From Coraliomargarita sp. (GTDB taxonomy: Bacteria; Verrucomicrobiota; Verrucomicrobiia; Opitutales; Coraliomargaritaceae), in contig OZ244160.1 of the NCBI GenBank assembly GCA_965216325.1, positions 2,624,001 through 2,688,000 of the forward strand: a stretch of DNA of 64,000 nt, in the 5' to 3' direction. Under the pieces are notes generated by a model. That model did not search any database. It was given only the letters and a program-made list of their open reading frames with translations, and was not told where the DNA came from. The position numbers and the translations under genes are program-made. Numbering within the stretch: the stretch's first letter is position 1; each line of letters opens with the position of its first letter. This document shows positions 1 to 10,666 of this stretch, in pieces.

Positions 1-588
1 GGTTAGAATGACGACATTGCGATCCGCAGTTTCTGTTTTTAACTCAGAGACAAAGGCTTTCGAGCTCGGACTAATCGCCGTCATATAATGTGCGGTGACA
101 GGAGCAATTTCCGTAATCGGAGCTGCGGCACTCTTGGTGCGTAACGCCGACTTCACTGAAAACTTTGAAGCGGGTCGTTTAAATGCGATCGGGGGGCGTG
201 TGAGGCCGCTGCGCTTTATCGCAGTTGCATTTGGATTCGATACCGCGAGTGCTGACTTCAAGCGTGCTTTCGCGCGTTCAGCATGGCTTGGTATCACGAT
301 ACAACTGTCCAATCCTTTCGGATAGTCTGTTTGTCCGCTTCGCTTGCGTTCGAATAAGTCGAAGCCGATGAGACGCAGGTTGGCATGCTGCTGTTTAAGT
401 GCTGTAAGTACTTGTTCATCGGTGAGATCCTGTATGTCCAGCAGTATGGATTTGACTTCCATACTACTGGACAAGGACTTACACAAATCCTCACTAGTAG
501 CGATAAATCTAGGTGGATATCCTAGGTCGTGTAGTAGCAACGATAGTTGGCTCTTGGCACGACGATCCGTAGTCACCACATGCATCAT
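1..588 (-). CDS. NtrC/FleQ-like sigma-54 activator-like protein with degenerate receiver domain (3' end outside window)
   Basis: Not in the ORF track. Manual translation from ATG 588 is open to position 1: MMHVVTTDRRAKSQLSLLLHDLGY...SILLDIQD (receiver-like), a basic/Pro linker, then AISPSSKAFVSELKTETADRNVVILT, which resembles the entry into a sigma-54 AAA+ domain (SPxM...VLIxGE). Confidence 0.6.
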   Translation of the reverse strand, partial: MMHVVTTDRRAKSQLSLLLHDLGYPPRFIATSEDLCKSLSSSMEVKSILLDIQDLTDEQVLTALKQQHANLRLIGFDLFERKRSGQTDYPKGLDSCIVIPSHAERAKARLKSALAVSNPNATAIKRSGLTRPPIAFKRPASKFSVKSALRTKSAAAPITEIAPVTAHYMTAISPSSKAFVSELKTETADRNVVILT

Positions 589-628
589 GGCATCCTTAAT
601 CAGTGTAAACTGGTTGTGTTGAGCTTAG

Positions 629-1174
629 TTAGTAAGACGTGCCACGGAAGGAACGTGTCGGTCTTGGGCGAACGGCTCGGCGCGGCACGGTTGCCACTTG
701 TTCCGGTGTCGGTTCGTGTGCTGCTGGCTGAACAGGCTCCGGCGCAGGTGCGGGCGCAGTGACTGCAACCGGCTCGGGAGAGGGTGCTGTCTCAGGCGCG
801 GTTACGCTGTCGTTCATGCTGGCGCGTAGCTGACTCAACACCTTAGGCGTGATGTGCTTCAATATCAGATTGGTCACCATGCGCAGGGAGACCAAATTCA
901 CCGACGGCTCAACTGCAACCAGTAGGTAGACGTTTCGGCTACGTCGTAGCTGTATATACTTTTGCGGGAATTTGAGTAGGTAATCGTCGCAGGGAACATA
1001 GTTCTCATCGACCGCTTCATAGAGTGAGGTCACGCGGCGCGAGAGATCGTCCAGAAAGTCATCCAGAAAGAAGTCCGGTAGCGCGTTGTGTAATAAATTG
1101 CCCTTTTTATCGAGGATACAGGCGCCATCCACGCCCGGTAGTTCGAGCACATTTTTAATAATCTTATCTATCAT
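629..1174 (-). CDS. Roadblock/LC7 (MglB-like) protein with Pro/Ala-rich C-terminal tail
   Basis: N-terminus IIKNVLELPGVDGACILDKKGNLL is the typical roadblock pattern; low-complexity tail. Confidence 0.7.
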   Translation of the reverse strand: MIDKIIKNVLELPGVDGACILDKKGNLLHNALPDFFLDDFLDDLSRRVTSLYEAVDENYVPCDDYLLKFPQKYIQLRRSRNVYLLVAVEPSVNLVSLRMVTNLILKHITPKVLSQLRASMNDSVTAPETAPSPEPVAVTAPAPAPEPVQPAAHEPTPEQVATVPRRAVRPRPTRSFRGTSY

Positions 1175-1183
1175 TTTCAGCTC

Positions 1184-1492
1184 CTATCCGATCAATTCTC
1201 CGAGGATTTCTTCGACGTTCGCGCGGTTAGTGCACAACACACCAAGGGCGTCTTCGTCTTGTGGGATGCAGATTGCAGTGGTGTTGGCACTGCTGAGATG
1301 CACCTCCTCAATGGAATCCATACCGAAGGGTTCTCCGATCATGTCGGCTACTTGGGAGATGTAGCCCAGGATGCTTCCAAAGACTTCCAAGTCATCGCTG
1401 GTTGCATCAATTATCGAGCCACTCGCATTGCAGGCAATTGCCCCAATCAAGCCGCGCTCTTGTAGTTCCTCTAGGTTCGCACTTTCAAACAT
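1184..1492 (-). CDS. Roadblock/LC7 domain protein
   Basis: LEELQERGLIGAIACNASGSII...IGEPFGMDSIEEV; about 102 aa; start refined to ATG 1492. Confidence 0.65.
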   Translation of the reverse strand: MFESANLEELQERGLIGAIACNASGSIIDATSDDLEVFGSILGYISQVADMIGEPFGMDSIEEVHLSSANTTAICIPQDEDALGVLCTNRANVEEILGELIG

Positions 1493-1504
1493 GCGTCTGA
1501 AACT

Positions 1505-1521
1505 AGCAAGACAGATGCCAG
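1505..1521 (-). promoter_or_regulatory. Sigma-54 (-24/-12) promoter
   Basis: Minus strand reads CTGGCATCTGTCTTGCT, with exact GG-N10-GC spacing, 13 nt upstream of the roadblock ATG. Confidence 0.6.
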
Positions 1522-1704
1522 CGCATGCCAACTGAGTTTTTTCAATTGGTGCTTAACGATTTTTTTTAAAAGATGAAGGGTTTGTGGGGTGAGTCTTACA
1601 GCCGTGTGAACAAGTTTGCGTTGTTTTTGACTGATTTTGATCGGTATTGACCAAAATCTGGATGTATCTGAAATCCTGATACGAAAGTGAGCAAAATTGA
1701 TCCG

Positions 1705-2325
1705 CTATAGCTTGCTCAGAATATCTACGACAGCCGGCTGTTGAGGGGATTTGATTAGTTCGCAGATATAATCTGCGACATCTTCGCGACTCGTGCAGCC
1801 ATTGAAGTCAGCGAGGTCGGTTGCCGTTTCATACCCTTTCGTTATTTCATGGGTTAACCGTCCAGGGCGGAGAATGGTGTGGTTCAGCCCTGAGTCAGCT
1901 AAGATTTGGTCGGCGCTGGCTTTGGCGACGAGGTAGGGACGCAGTGCTTCGGCGGCTTGTTCAGGAGCCTTCGCTTTGAGCGCGCTTATCATGATGAAGT
2001 GCGCCACCTGGTGTTGCTTCGCGTTACGAATACATTGCACCGCACCCCATAGGTCGACCATGAGGGTTTTATCCTTACCGGTCGAACTACCCGAGCCAGC
2101 CGTGAAGACGACGATGTCGATGCCTTTGCAGAGTGAGCCAAGCTCGCTTTCGAGGTCGACGACGCGCACCTCGGCACCTGCTTGCTCTAACTCGGCCGCT
2201 TTGTCTGCTCGTCGAATGCTTGCAACTACGTGATGACCTGTTGCGAGTAGCTTGTGAACCAACAGGCGACCAATTTGACCACTGGCACCGACAACGAGAA
2301 TTTTCGTGGATAAATTTGTATTCAC
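1705..2325 (-). CDS. Atypical SDR / NAD(P)H-binding oxidoreductase
   Basis: ILVVGASGQIG Rossmann motif, FTAGSG, YLVAK, TILRPGRL. Confidence 0.85.
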   Translation of the reverse strand: MNTNLSTKILVVGASGQIGRLLVHKLLATGHHVVASIRRADKAAELEQAGAEVRVVDLESELGSLCKGIDIVVFTAGSGSSTGKDKTLMVDLWGAVQCIRNAKQHQVAHFIMISALKAKAPEQAAEALRPYLVAKASADQILADSGLNHTILRPGRLTHEITKGYETATDLADFNGCTSREDVADYICELIKSPQQPAVVDILSKL

Positions 2326-2366
2326 GTCCTATAGCTAAGTGCAGTTGTCGCTTAAAAAGCAATCTT

Positions 2367-3251
2367 ATGAAAGACGCTCCGCAGTATTATCAGCCCCCTG
2401 ATTCACACCATCAACATCTCCAGAGTATGTATCGCTGGTTGATCGTCTTTTTTGGTAGTCTTGCGCTTCTAGCCTTACTTTCGATTGTGTTTGCCAATTC
2501 AATTGCGCGAGCCTTGCCATTTTCTATCGAGAAGCGGTTTGTTAAACCCTACGAAGTGATGGCTGAGCGCTGGTTCAGCGATGATCTCGGCGATCCTGAG
2601 GTGGAAGCCTATTTGACTAATTTAGTCGCGGACTTGGCTGTTGTGATGGAGGTGCCGGACAGCTATACGCTGTCTGTGCACTTCATTGATAGTGCAGAGG
2701 CGAATGCCTTTGCGACTTTAGGAGGGCATATTGTGATTCTTGGGGGCCTGTTTGATCGAGTTGATGACGAGAACAGTTTGGCGATGATTCTCGCTCATGA
2801 GCTTTCTCATATTAAGCATCGCGACCCCTTGGCGTCAATGGGGCGTGGTGTTGCGATTCAGATGATGCTCTCTTATTTTAGTGGCAATTCACAGCACAGC
2901 CAAAACTTGGCGAGCTTAGGTGGGCAGCTTGGCTTGCTGTCGTATAGTCGGGAGCAGGAGGAGCGGTCGGACCTTGAAGCGCTTTGTGCCTTGCAGGCTT
3001 ATTATGGTCATGTGGCTGGTTTTGATGGCTTCTTTGGCTCAATGATCGAGGAAGCGGGCCATAAAGATGAATCACTGCTTTGGCTCCAGTCTCACCCGGA
3101 TTTGACGAATCGCATCGAAAGCATGCAGGCGCTCATTGCTGTGGAGGGCTTCACTCTGGGGGGAACGAAGCCGATACCTGTGCGCATATTAAAAAAACTC
3201 TCGGAGCCGCCAGCGCATCTGATGCTACGCCGAGAGTCCGAGAGTTTCTAA
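2367..3251 (+). CDS. M48 family Zn metallopeptidase
   Basis: N-terminal TM helix, ANAFATLGG, AHELSH (HExxH), YSREQE, SHP; start refined to ATG 2367. Confidence 0.85.
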   Translation: MKDAPQYYQPPDSHHQHLQSMYRWLIVFFGSLALLALLSIVFANSIARALPFSIEKRFVKPYEVMAERWFSDDLGDPEVEAYLTNLVADLAVVMEVPDSYTLSVHFIDSAEANAFATLGGHIVILGGLFDRVDDENSLAMILAHELSHIKHRDPLASMGRGVAIQMMLSYFSGNSQHSQNLASLGGQLGLLSYSREQEERSDLEALCALQAYYGHVAGFDGFFGSMIEEAGHKDESLLWLQSHPDLTNRIESMQALIAVEGFTLGGTKPIPVRILKKLSEPPAHLMLRRESESF

Positions 3252-3272
3252 AAGCAACGAGGAATCGTTGGA

Positions 3273-3497
3273 TTAAGATGCTTTGATCGGCAGGCCTTCT
3301 TTGTCGGTGAAATTGCCGCAGACGATCATGATGAAGTCAATGATGGTCCAGATGCCGAGGCCTCCAAGTGTGAGGAGCATGAGGATGCCGGTCCCGATTT
3401 TACCGGCATAAAAGCGGTGAATGCCAAAGCCTCCTAAGAAGAAGCAGAGTAGAACTGCGGGAACGAAGCCCTTTTCGCTAATTGCGCTATCTGTCAT
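3273..3497 (-). CDS. TM2 domain membrane protein
   Basis: [22 protein letters not shown] motif. Confidence 0.85.
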   Translation of the reverse strand: MTDSAISEKGFVPAVLLCFFLGGFGIHRFYAGKIGTGILMLLTLGGLGIWTIIDFIMIVCGNFTDKEGLPIKAS

Positions 3498-3512
3498 TTT
3501 GATATGTTTGGT

Positions 3513-3806
3513 TTAGGTTAATTTTTGCCCTGGATAACAAATTGTCTTACCCCGACCGTCTTTGAAACTACCGGTCAGCAGCATAATTGTGATGATGAAG
3601 GTGTGCAGTGAATCGAGAACGAAGCACAATGCTGCCCAGCCGATCTGCCCTGTGAAGTAGAAGTAAACAGTGGCGACGAACAGGCTAAAGTCGATGGTTC
3701 CCTCAATGTAACGACCGAGATAGAAGTGGTGCACTCCCATCACGCCGAAGATGGCCGAGATGCAGACTGCGACTACATAACTTTTGTCTGAAGGTTGGAT
3801 TGGCAT
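3513..3806 (-). CDS. TM2 domain membrane protein
   Basis: KSYVVA...FGVMGVHHFYLGR motif. Confidence 0.85.
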   Translation of the reverse strand: MPIQPSDKSYVVAVCISAIFGVMGVHHFYLGRYIEGTIDFSLFVATVYFYFTGQIGWAALCFVLDSLHTFIITIMLLTGSFKDGRGKTICYPGQKLT

Positions 3807-3979
3807 GCCTCAATCTGATATCTTGAGAAGTTTGACATGGATATGAGGGCCTAATCTCCAATACGCAACCACTTATCATTCACTGTTCATCTATAGTGTT
3901 GAGTTGTTCTACGCGCAGAGAGGAACCCCTTCGATACCTTGGATTTGCTTTTCTGGTTCCTCCGTGTGATTGTGGACTC

Positions 3980-5398
3980 ATGGGCGATGTTGTGCATGCG
4001 GACAAACCTTTGATCGCGATTGCCGGTGCGAGTGGTTTTGTGGGCACGCATTTACGGCGTTATTTGGAAAAGGACTTTAACTTTCGTGCGCTGACTCGGA
4101 GTCCAAGCGTCGTGGAACGCAATCATTCTGAGGCCTCCGTAGAATGGCAGCATTGCGATCTGTATTCGCTGCCCAAGGTAACCGAGGCCTTGGAGGGCTG
4201 TGAGTTGGGCATCTATTTGGTCCACTCGATGGCGCCTTCGAGTCGATTGATTCAGGCTGACTTTGAGGACACGGATCTACTGCTAGCTGACAATTTCATT
4301 CGTGCGGCCGAAGCGGTTGGGATCAAGCATGTGATTTATCTGAGCGGCTTGATGCCTGAGGCAGGTGTGGAGCCGTCGCCGCATTTGCGCAGTCGTTGCG
4401 AGGTAGAGGCTGTGCTGCGGAGCCGATCGGTGCAGGTCACCGTATTGCGGGCCGGCTTGATTTTTGGGCCTGGAGGCTCGTCGTTTTCGATGCTGGTCAA
4501 TCTGGTGCGCCGTTTGCCGGTGATGATCCTGCCGAAGTGGACGAGTTCGCTGACGCAGTCGATCGATGTGCAGAATGTCTGTGAAGCCTTCGAGTTGTGT
4601 TTAACCGATCCTGGGTTAGCTGGCGAAATTTATGACTTGGGCGGGCATGCGCCGATGCGTTATGCCGAAATGATTGAGGGGACGGCTCGCGCCTTAGGCC
4701 GCCGGGTGCTCTCGCTGCGTTTTCCGGCGAACTGTTTCGCGCTCTCGCGACGTTGGGTCGCGTTGTATGGTTCAGTGCCGATGGCTTTGGTCGGTCCCTT
4801 GTTGGAAAGCTTGCAATTTGATCTACAAGCTCGGCCGAATGCTTTGTTGGAACGTTTACGGGCGAACTTGATTCCCTTCGAAGAGTCCTTGCGTCGTGCG
4901 GTTCAGGATGGTGTGCCGAAGGCCAATCCGCGCGCATCGACTCAGCAGTCGGATCGGCAGCGCATTCGCAAGCAGAGTCGGGTGCGTTCAGTGCAGCGTA
5001 TGCACTTGCCAACGGGCTGTACGGCGCAGCAGGTTTCTAAGGAATATGGCGAGTGGTTGACGCGTTTTCATCTTGGTTTGATACGGGTGCCGCAGGGCGA
5101 GGATGGTGTGATTCGGTTTGTGGCCTTGGGGAAGGTCGTGCTACTGGAGTTGACGCCGACGCCGTATACGGTAGCGAACCAGCGGCGTTGTGCGTATTAT
5201 ATATCGGGAGGTGTGCTGGCGCGTGAGGTGCAGCCGCCTGGTCGTTTGGAGTTCAGGCTTTTCCCGGATAGCGGTTGCTTGATTGCATCGATCCATGGCT
5301 TTGCGCCGCGTCTGCCTTGGTGGTTTTACTGGTGCACGCAGGCCAAAATCCACCTGTTTGTGATGTGGATGTTTGGAAAGCATCTGGCCAAACAGTAA
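3980..5398 (+). CDS. NAD-dependent epimerase/SDR (YbjT-like) with C-terminal extension
   Basis: IAGASGFVG, YLVHSM, VIYLSGL, LRAGLIFGPGGSSF; start refined to ATG 3980. Confidence 0.8.
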   Translation: MGDVVHADKPLIAIAGASGFVGTHLRRYLEKDFNFRALTRSPSVVERNHSEASVEWQHCDLYSLPKVTEALEGCELGIYLVHSMAPSSRLIQADFEDTDLLLADNFIRAAEAVGIKHVIYLSGLMPEAGVEPSPHLRSRCEVEAVLRSRSVQVTVLRAGLIFGPGGSSFSMLVNLVRRLPVMILPKWTSSLTQSIDVQNVCEAFELCLTDPGLAGEIYDLGGHAPMRYAEMIEGTARALGRRVLSLRFPANCFALSRRWVALYGSVPMALVGPLLESLQFDLQARPNALLERLRANLIPFEESLRRAVQDGVPKANPRASTQQSDRQRIRKQSRVRSVQRMHLPTGCTAQQVSKEYGEWLTRFHLGLIRVPQGEDGVIRFVALGKVVLLELTPTPYTVANQRRCAYYISGGVLAREVQPPGRLEFRLFPDSGCLIASIHGFAPRLPWWFYWCTQAKIHLFVMWMFGKHLAKQ

Positions 5399-5462
5399 GG
5401 GGACTCGTTTAGGCTGTGTGTTCGAGGTAGCTTTTTAGGTGAAGCTGTGATTCGTTCGCCGG

Positions 5463-7502
5463 ATGTCGCGTTCTATTGTTGCTGTTAGCCTTGGTCTCTG
5501 TTGCGGAACTGTTGTTTTTGCAGCTTCGGAGTCCGTTCGCTTGCCGGAGTATCGGGTAACGGCGACGCAACTGAGTCAGCCAAGCGCTCAGGTGCCCTTT
5601 GCGGTGAGCGAGCTGACGACTGAACAAATTCAGCGAGCGTCCTTGCAGCTTTCCTTGGATGAGCCGCTGCAAACTGTGCCAGGTGTCTTTGTGCTGAATC
5701 CGTATAATTACGCTCAGGACTCACGGATTGCGATTCGCGGCTTTGGGGCGCGGGCCAATTTTGGCATTCGTGGGATTCAACTCTTTGCGGATGGGATCCC
5801 TGCGACCACTCCGGATGGTCAGGGCAGTGTCGATGCGATCGACCTCGGATCGACGGAGCGTATTGAAGTCTTCCGGGGGCCGGCTTCTGCGATCTATGGT
5901 GCGTCGTCGGGGGGAGTTATTTGGCTGGAGACCGAATCGGGGGCCGAGCAGCCATTTCTGGAAACGCGCTGGACGGCTGGGTCGGATGATCTCTTCCAAG
6001 CGCAGATTAAAGCCGGTGGACAGCATGCCGACCTCCATTATCTGTTGAGTGGTAGCTATCTGGATTACGATGGCTACCGTGATCATAGCGAAACTGAGAA
6101 TCGACGCATGAACGCGAAATTTGGCTATGCGTTCAGCGCGGATTCCGATTTGACCGCGATTGTGAATGTGATCGACATTCCGGAGCAGAATGATCCGGGC
6201 GGGCTGACACTTGAGGAGGCGAAGACGGATCCTTCGCAGGCGCGGCAACGCAATGTGGATTTCGACAGCGGCGAGTCAGTTGAGCAAACTACGTTGGGGC
6301 TAATGTATACGCACCGTTTGAGTGCGCCGCACAGTATCGAGCTGAATTCCTACTATGTGCAGCGCGATTTTGAGAATCGTCTGCCCTTTGAGTCGGGCGG
6401 ACAGGTGGCGTTCGATCGTGATTACTGGGGCGGCGGTGCGTTGTATCGCTATCGTGAGGCTCAAGTGGAAGCGGTTGTGGGTTTTAGCTATGATCTACAA
6501 CAGGACGATCGCGTTCGTTACGATAACCTTAGTGGTGTGCGGGGGGACCTGAGTTTGCAGCAAGATGAAGAGATCGAGAACCTGGGTCTCTTTGCTGTAG
6601 GCAGTCTTGCTTTGACGGATACGGTGACCGTATCTGCGGCCTTGCGACAGGACTTCACAGAATATGCGGTGAAGGATCGCTTTCTGTCGGATGGGGATGA
6701 CTCGGGCGAGCGAGACTTTGATGAGACGAGTCCACTGCTGGGTGTGATTTGGGAGTTGAGTTCCGAGCATGCGCTGTATGCGAATGTGGCGCAGTCGTTC
6801 GAAACGCCGACCAGCACGGAGTTGGCTAATCCGAGCGGTGGCGGCTTTAATGCCGACTTGGAGCCGCAGACGGCGACGAGCTATGAGTTAGGTTTGAAGG
6901 GCTCGACGCGGTGGCTGAATGAGCGTGTAGTGAGTTATGAGTTGGTCGCCTTTCATATCGAGATCGATGATTCGATTGTGCCGTATGAATTGCCGAGCGA
7001 CCCGGGGCGGGATTACTTTCGTAATGCGGGTGAGAGTGCGCGTGATGGCATTGAGGCGGCACTTCAGCTAGTGCTGTTGGGCGATCTGACGCTCGACCTG
7101 ACTTATACTTGGTCCGATTTCGAATACACCGAGTTTGAGACTGCGGCTGGTGACTTTAGCGGTAATCAGTTGCCTGGAATCCCGGAGCACTTGGCCAATC
7201 TGCAGCTGAACTACCGTCATACGAGCGGCTTGTTTGTGCGCTGGAATACGCGCTATACAGGGAGCATGCAGACGGACGATGCGAACAGCACCAAGGTCGA
7301 TGATAGCACGGTTAGTGACTTGCGGCTTAGTTGGTTACATGAGCAGGGAGGCTGGACTGTTGAACCTTACCTCGGAGTGAACAACGTCTTTGATGAGTTT
7401 TACTTCGCGAATGTTCGGATCAATGCCTTTGGCGGACGCTACTATGAACCAGCACCGGAACGTAACGCGTATGCCGGGATTCGTCTGCGCTATGCCTTTT
7501 AG
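5463..7502 (+). CDS. TonB-dependent receptor, YncD/PqqU-like
   Basis: Signal peptide; plug NYAQDSRIAIRGFGAR..GIRGI..DGIPATTPDGQG; RYYEPAPERN; terminal Phe. Confidence 0.9.
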   Translation: MSRSIVAVSLGLCCGTVVFAASESVRLPEYRVTATQLSQPSAQVPFAVSELTTEQIQRASLQLSLDEPLQTVPGVFVLNPYNYAQDSRIAIRGFGARANFGIRGIQLFADGIPATTPDGQGSVDAIDLGSTERIEVFRGPASAIYGASSGGVIWLETESGAEQPFLETRWTAGSDDLFQAQIKAGGQHADLHYLLSGSYLDYDGYRDHSETENRRMNAKFGYAFSADSDLTAIVNVIDIPEQNDPGGLTLEEAKTDPSQARQRNVDFDSGESVEQTTLGLMYTHRLSAPHSIELNSYYVQRDFENRLPFESGGQVAFDRDYWGGGALYRYREAQVEAVVGFSYDLQQDDRVRYDNLSGVRGDLSLQQDEEIENLGLFAVGSLALTDTVTVSAALRQDFTEYAVKDRFLSDGDDSGERDFDETSPLLGVIWELSSEHALYANVAQSFETPTSTELANPSGGGFNADLEPQTATSYELGLKGSTRWLNERVVSYELVAFHIEIDDSIVPYELPSDPGRDYFRNAGESARDGIEAALQLVLLGDLTLDLTYTWSDFEYTEFETAAGDFSGNQLPGIPEHLANLQLNYRHTSGLFVRWNTRYTGSMQTDDANSTKVDDSTVSDLRLSWLHEQGGWTVEPYLGVNNVFDEFYFANVRINAFGGRYYEPAPERNAYAGIRLRYAF

Positions 7503-7691
7503 CTGGCGCTCTTGTAGATAGGGCGGGCTTCGCCCCTCGATTGGATCGAGGCCTTGAGCTTGTCGAAACGGCAATCCAAGCTTCTAGGACTTATGTGCGC
7601 TTAGGCTGAAAACTGCATTTTTCTAATAAGACCTAAGTTTGTTGAAAGCAGGCTTGCGGCTCGGCCTGTGATTTGAGTCTTTGCCTGACCT

Positions 7692-8333
7692 ATGTTGATT
7701 CGAGTGCTTTTGTCTATTTGTGCTGTCTGTTGTGCATCGCTGTCCGCTGCTCCTTGGGCGGGCGACCATGTGTTTGCCTTGAAGGCGGACCTCGATGAGC
7801 AATGGACTGTGCACTCACAATCGAAAGCGGTGCTTCGCGACAACTTTAGTGAGTTTCTGGGGGGCTACACTGGGATGGGGCTCTCGTATCAGCTGACAGA
7901 GCATTGGAATGCACGCGCAGGCTACCGTCATGTTTGGGCGGATTCGGGTGAGGAGTGGTTACAGGAGAGTCGCCCCTATGCGGAGGCTGCCTATGCGCGC
8001 TCCATTGAGGGCTTTCGTGTGAAGAACCGTGGCCGTTTTGAGTATCGTGCCTTCGATTTTGAGAAGGATGACATGTTGCGCTATCGCAATCAGTTGGCGG
8101 TCGAGGCGCCCTGGAAGCTGACTGCGTTGGAATTGCAGCCCTTTGTGGAGGAGGAGGTCTTTTACAGTGTCGATGAGGAGCGGATCGACATGAATCGCTT
8201 GGGGGCGGGACTCGCCTGGCGTCCGCTGGAGGGGTTCAAACTCAAATTCGGGTATCGCTGGACATACTTTCGGTCGGGGGAGGACTTTGTTAGCCGCAAT
8301 GTGCTGACGACTGCGCTGTCGCTCGCATACTAG
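7692..8333 (+). CDS. Outer-membrane beta-barrel protein (DUF2490-like)
   Basis: Signal peptide, RGRFEYR, RYRNQL, EEVFY, amphipathic strands, terminal aromatic residue. Confidence 0.65.
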   Translation: MLIRVLLSICAVCCASLSAAPWAGDHVFALKADLDEQWTVHSQSKAVLRDNFSEFLGGYTGMGLSYQLTEHWNARAGYRHVWADSGEEWLQESRPYAEAAYARSIEGFRVKNRGRFEYRAFDFEKDDMLRYRNQLAVEAPWKLTALELQPFVEEEVFYSVDEERIDMNRLGAGLAWRPLEGFKLKFGYRWTYFRSGEDFVSRNVLTTALSLAY

Positions 8334-8397
8334 TCTTTTTGATTGCGCCGGTGCCCGCAAGGCATTGTCCTGCACGGTTTTTTACAGCGCACTACCA

Positions 8398-9981
<1,584 letters not shown>

Positions 9982-9991
9982 TCGCTCGCCT

Positions 9992-10447
9992 TTAGGCGGA
10001 ACGGCTTACTTGATCTAGTTCGGCCAGTTGAAGCGAGAGCTGTTTGGCAAAGCTCTCGACCAGCGCGATATCGCTATTGGAGAAGGGCGGGCGTAGAGAA
10101 AATGAGGTGAAATTGATCGTTCCCCACACTTGGCCATGGTTGAAAATTGGAGCGCTGATGTAGGCTTCGAGGGGCATTTTCAAGTAGAGTGGATGGCCTC
10201 TTAGGCCGGGCCGACCATCCATTTCGGTGATGGCGATGGTCCTGCGCCCAGAAACCACATCGCGGCAGTAGGTGTCTGCAAGGGGCAGTATCGAACCGAC
10301 TTCCAGTGAACCTGCTGCGCATTTGAGTGCCACGATCTCATAGTTGTCGCTATAGATGTGACTCACAATCCCTACAGGCATGTGGAGTGCGCTCATGCCT
10401 TGTTGTAGTAACTCATTACTACGTTCAGTTATGCTGTGTGGAAGCAT
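9992..10447 (-). CDS. Stand-alone GAF domain protein
   Basis: TYCRDVV, YISAPIF..GQVWGTINF, FSNSDIALV. Confidence 0.8.
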   Translation of the reverse strand: MLPHSITERSNELLQQGMSALHMPVGIVSHIYSDNYEIVALKCAAGSLEVGSILPLADTYCRDVVSGRRTIAITEMDGRPGLRGHPLYLKMPLEAYISAPIFNHGQVWGTINFTSFSLRPPFSNSDIALVESFAKQLSLQLAELDQVSRSA

Positions 10448-10503
10448 TTTTCCTCTTGGTTAAACAGTTTAAAATAACTGCAGCAGGGAGGATTGCGAGC
10501 GAC

Positions 10504-10662
10504 TCAGTCCTTTTTTTTGCCCAGTTTGGGCTTGGGGACTTTGCAGTCAACGCTGCCGCAGCCACAGCCTTTGTCGCCTTTCTTGGGTAAGAAAATTTTG
10601 CACAGGAAAATCGTTGCTCCTGCAATGATGATTGCGACTAGAACTGTATCCAGAATGCCCAT
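10504..10662 (-). CDS. FeoB-associated Cys-rich small membrane protein
   Basis: Below the ORF-track cutoff: MGILDTVLVAIIIAGATIFLCKIFLPKKGDKGCGCGSVDCKVPKPKLGKKKD, starting 4 nt after the feoB stop. Confidence 0.8.
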   Translation of the reverse strand: MGILDTVLVAIIIAGATIFLCKIFLPKKGDKGCGCGSVDCKVPKPKLGKKKD

Positions 10663-10666
10663 ACGT

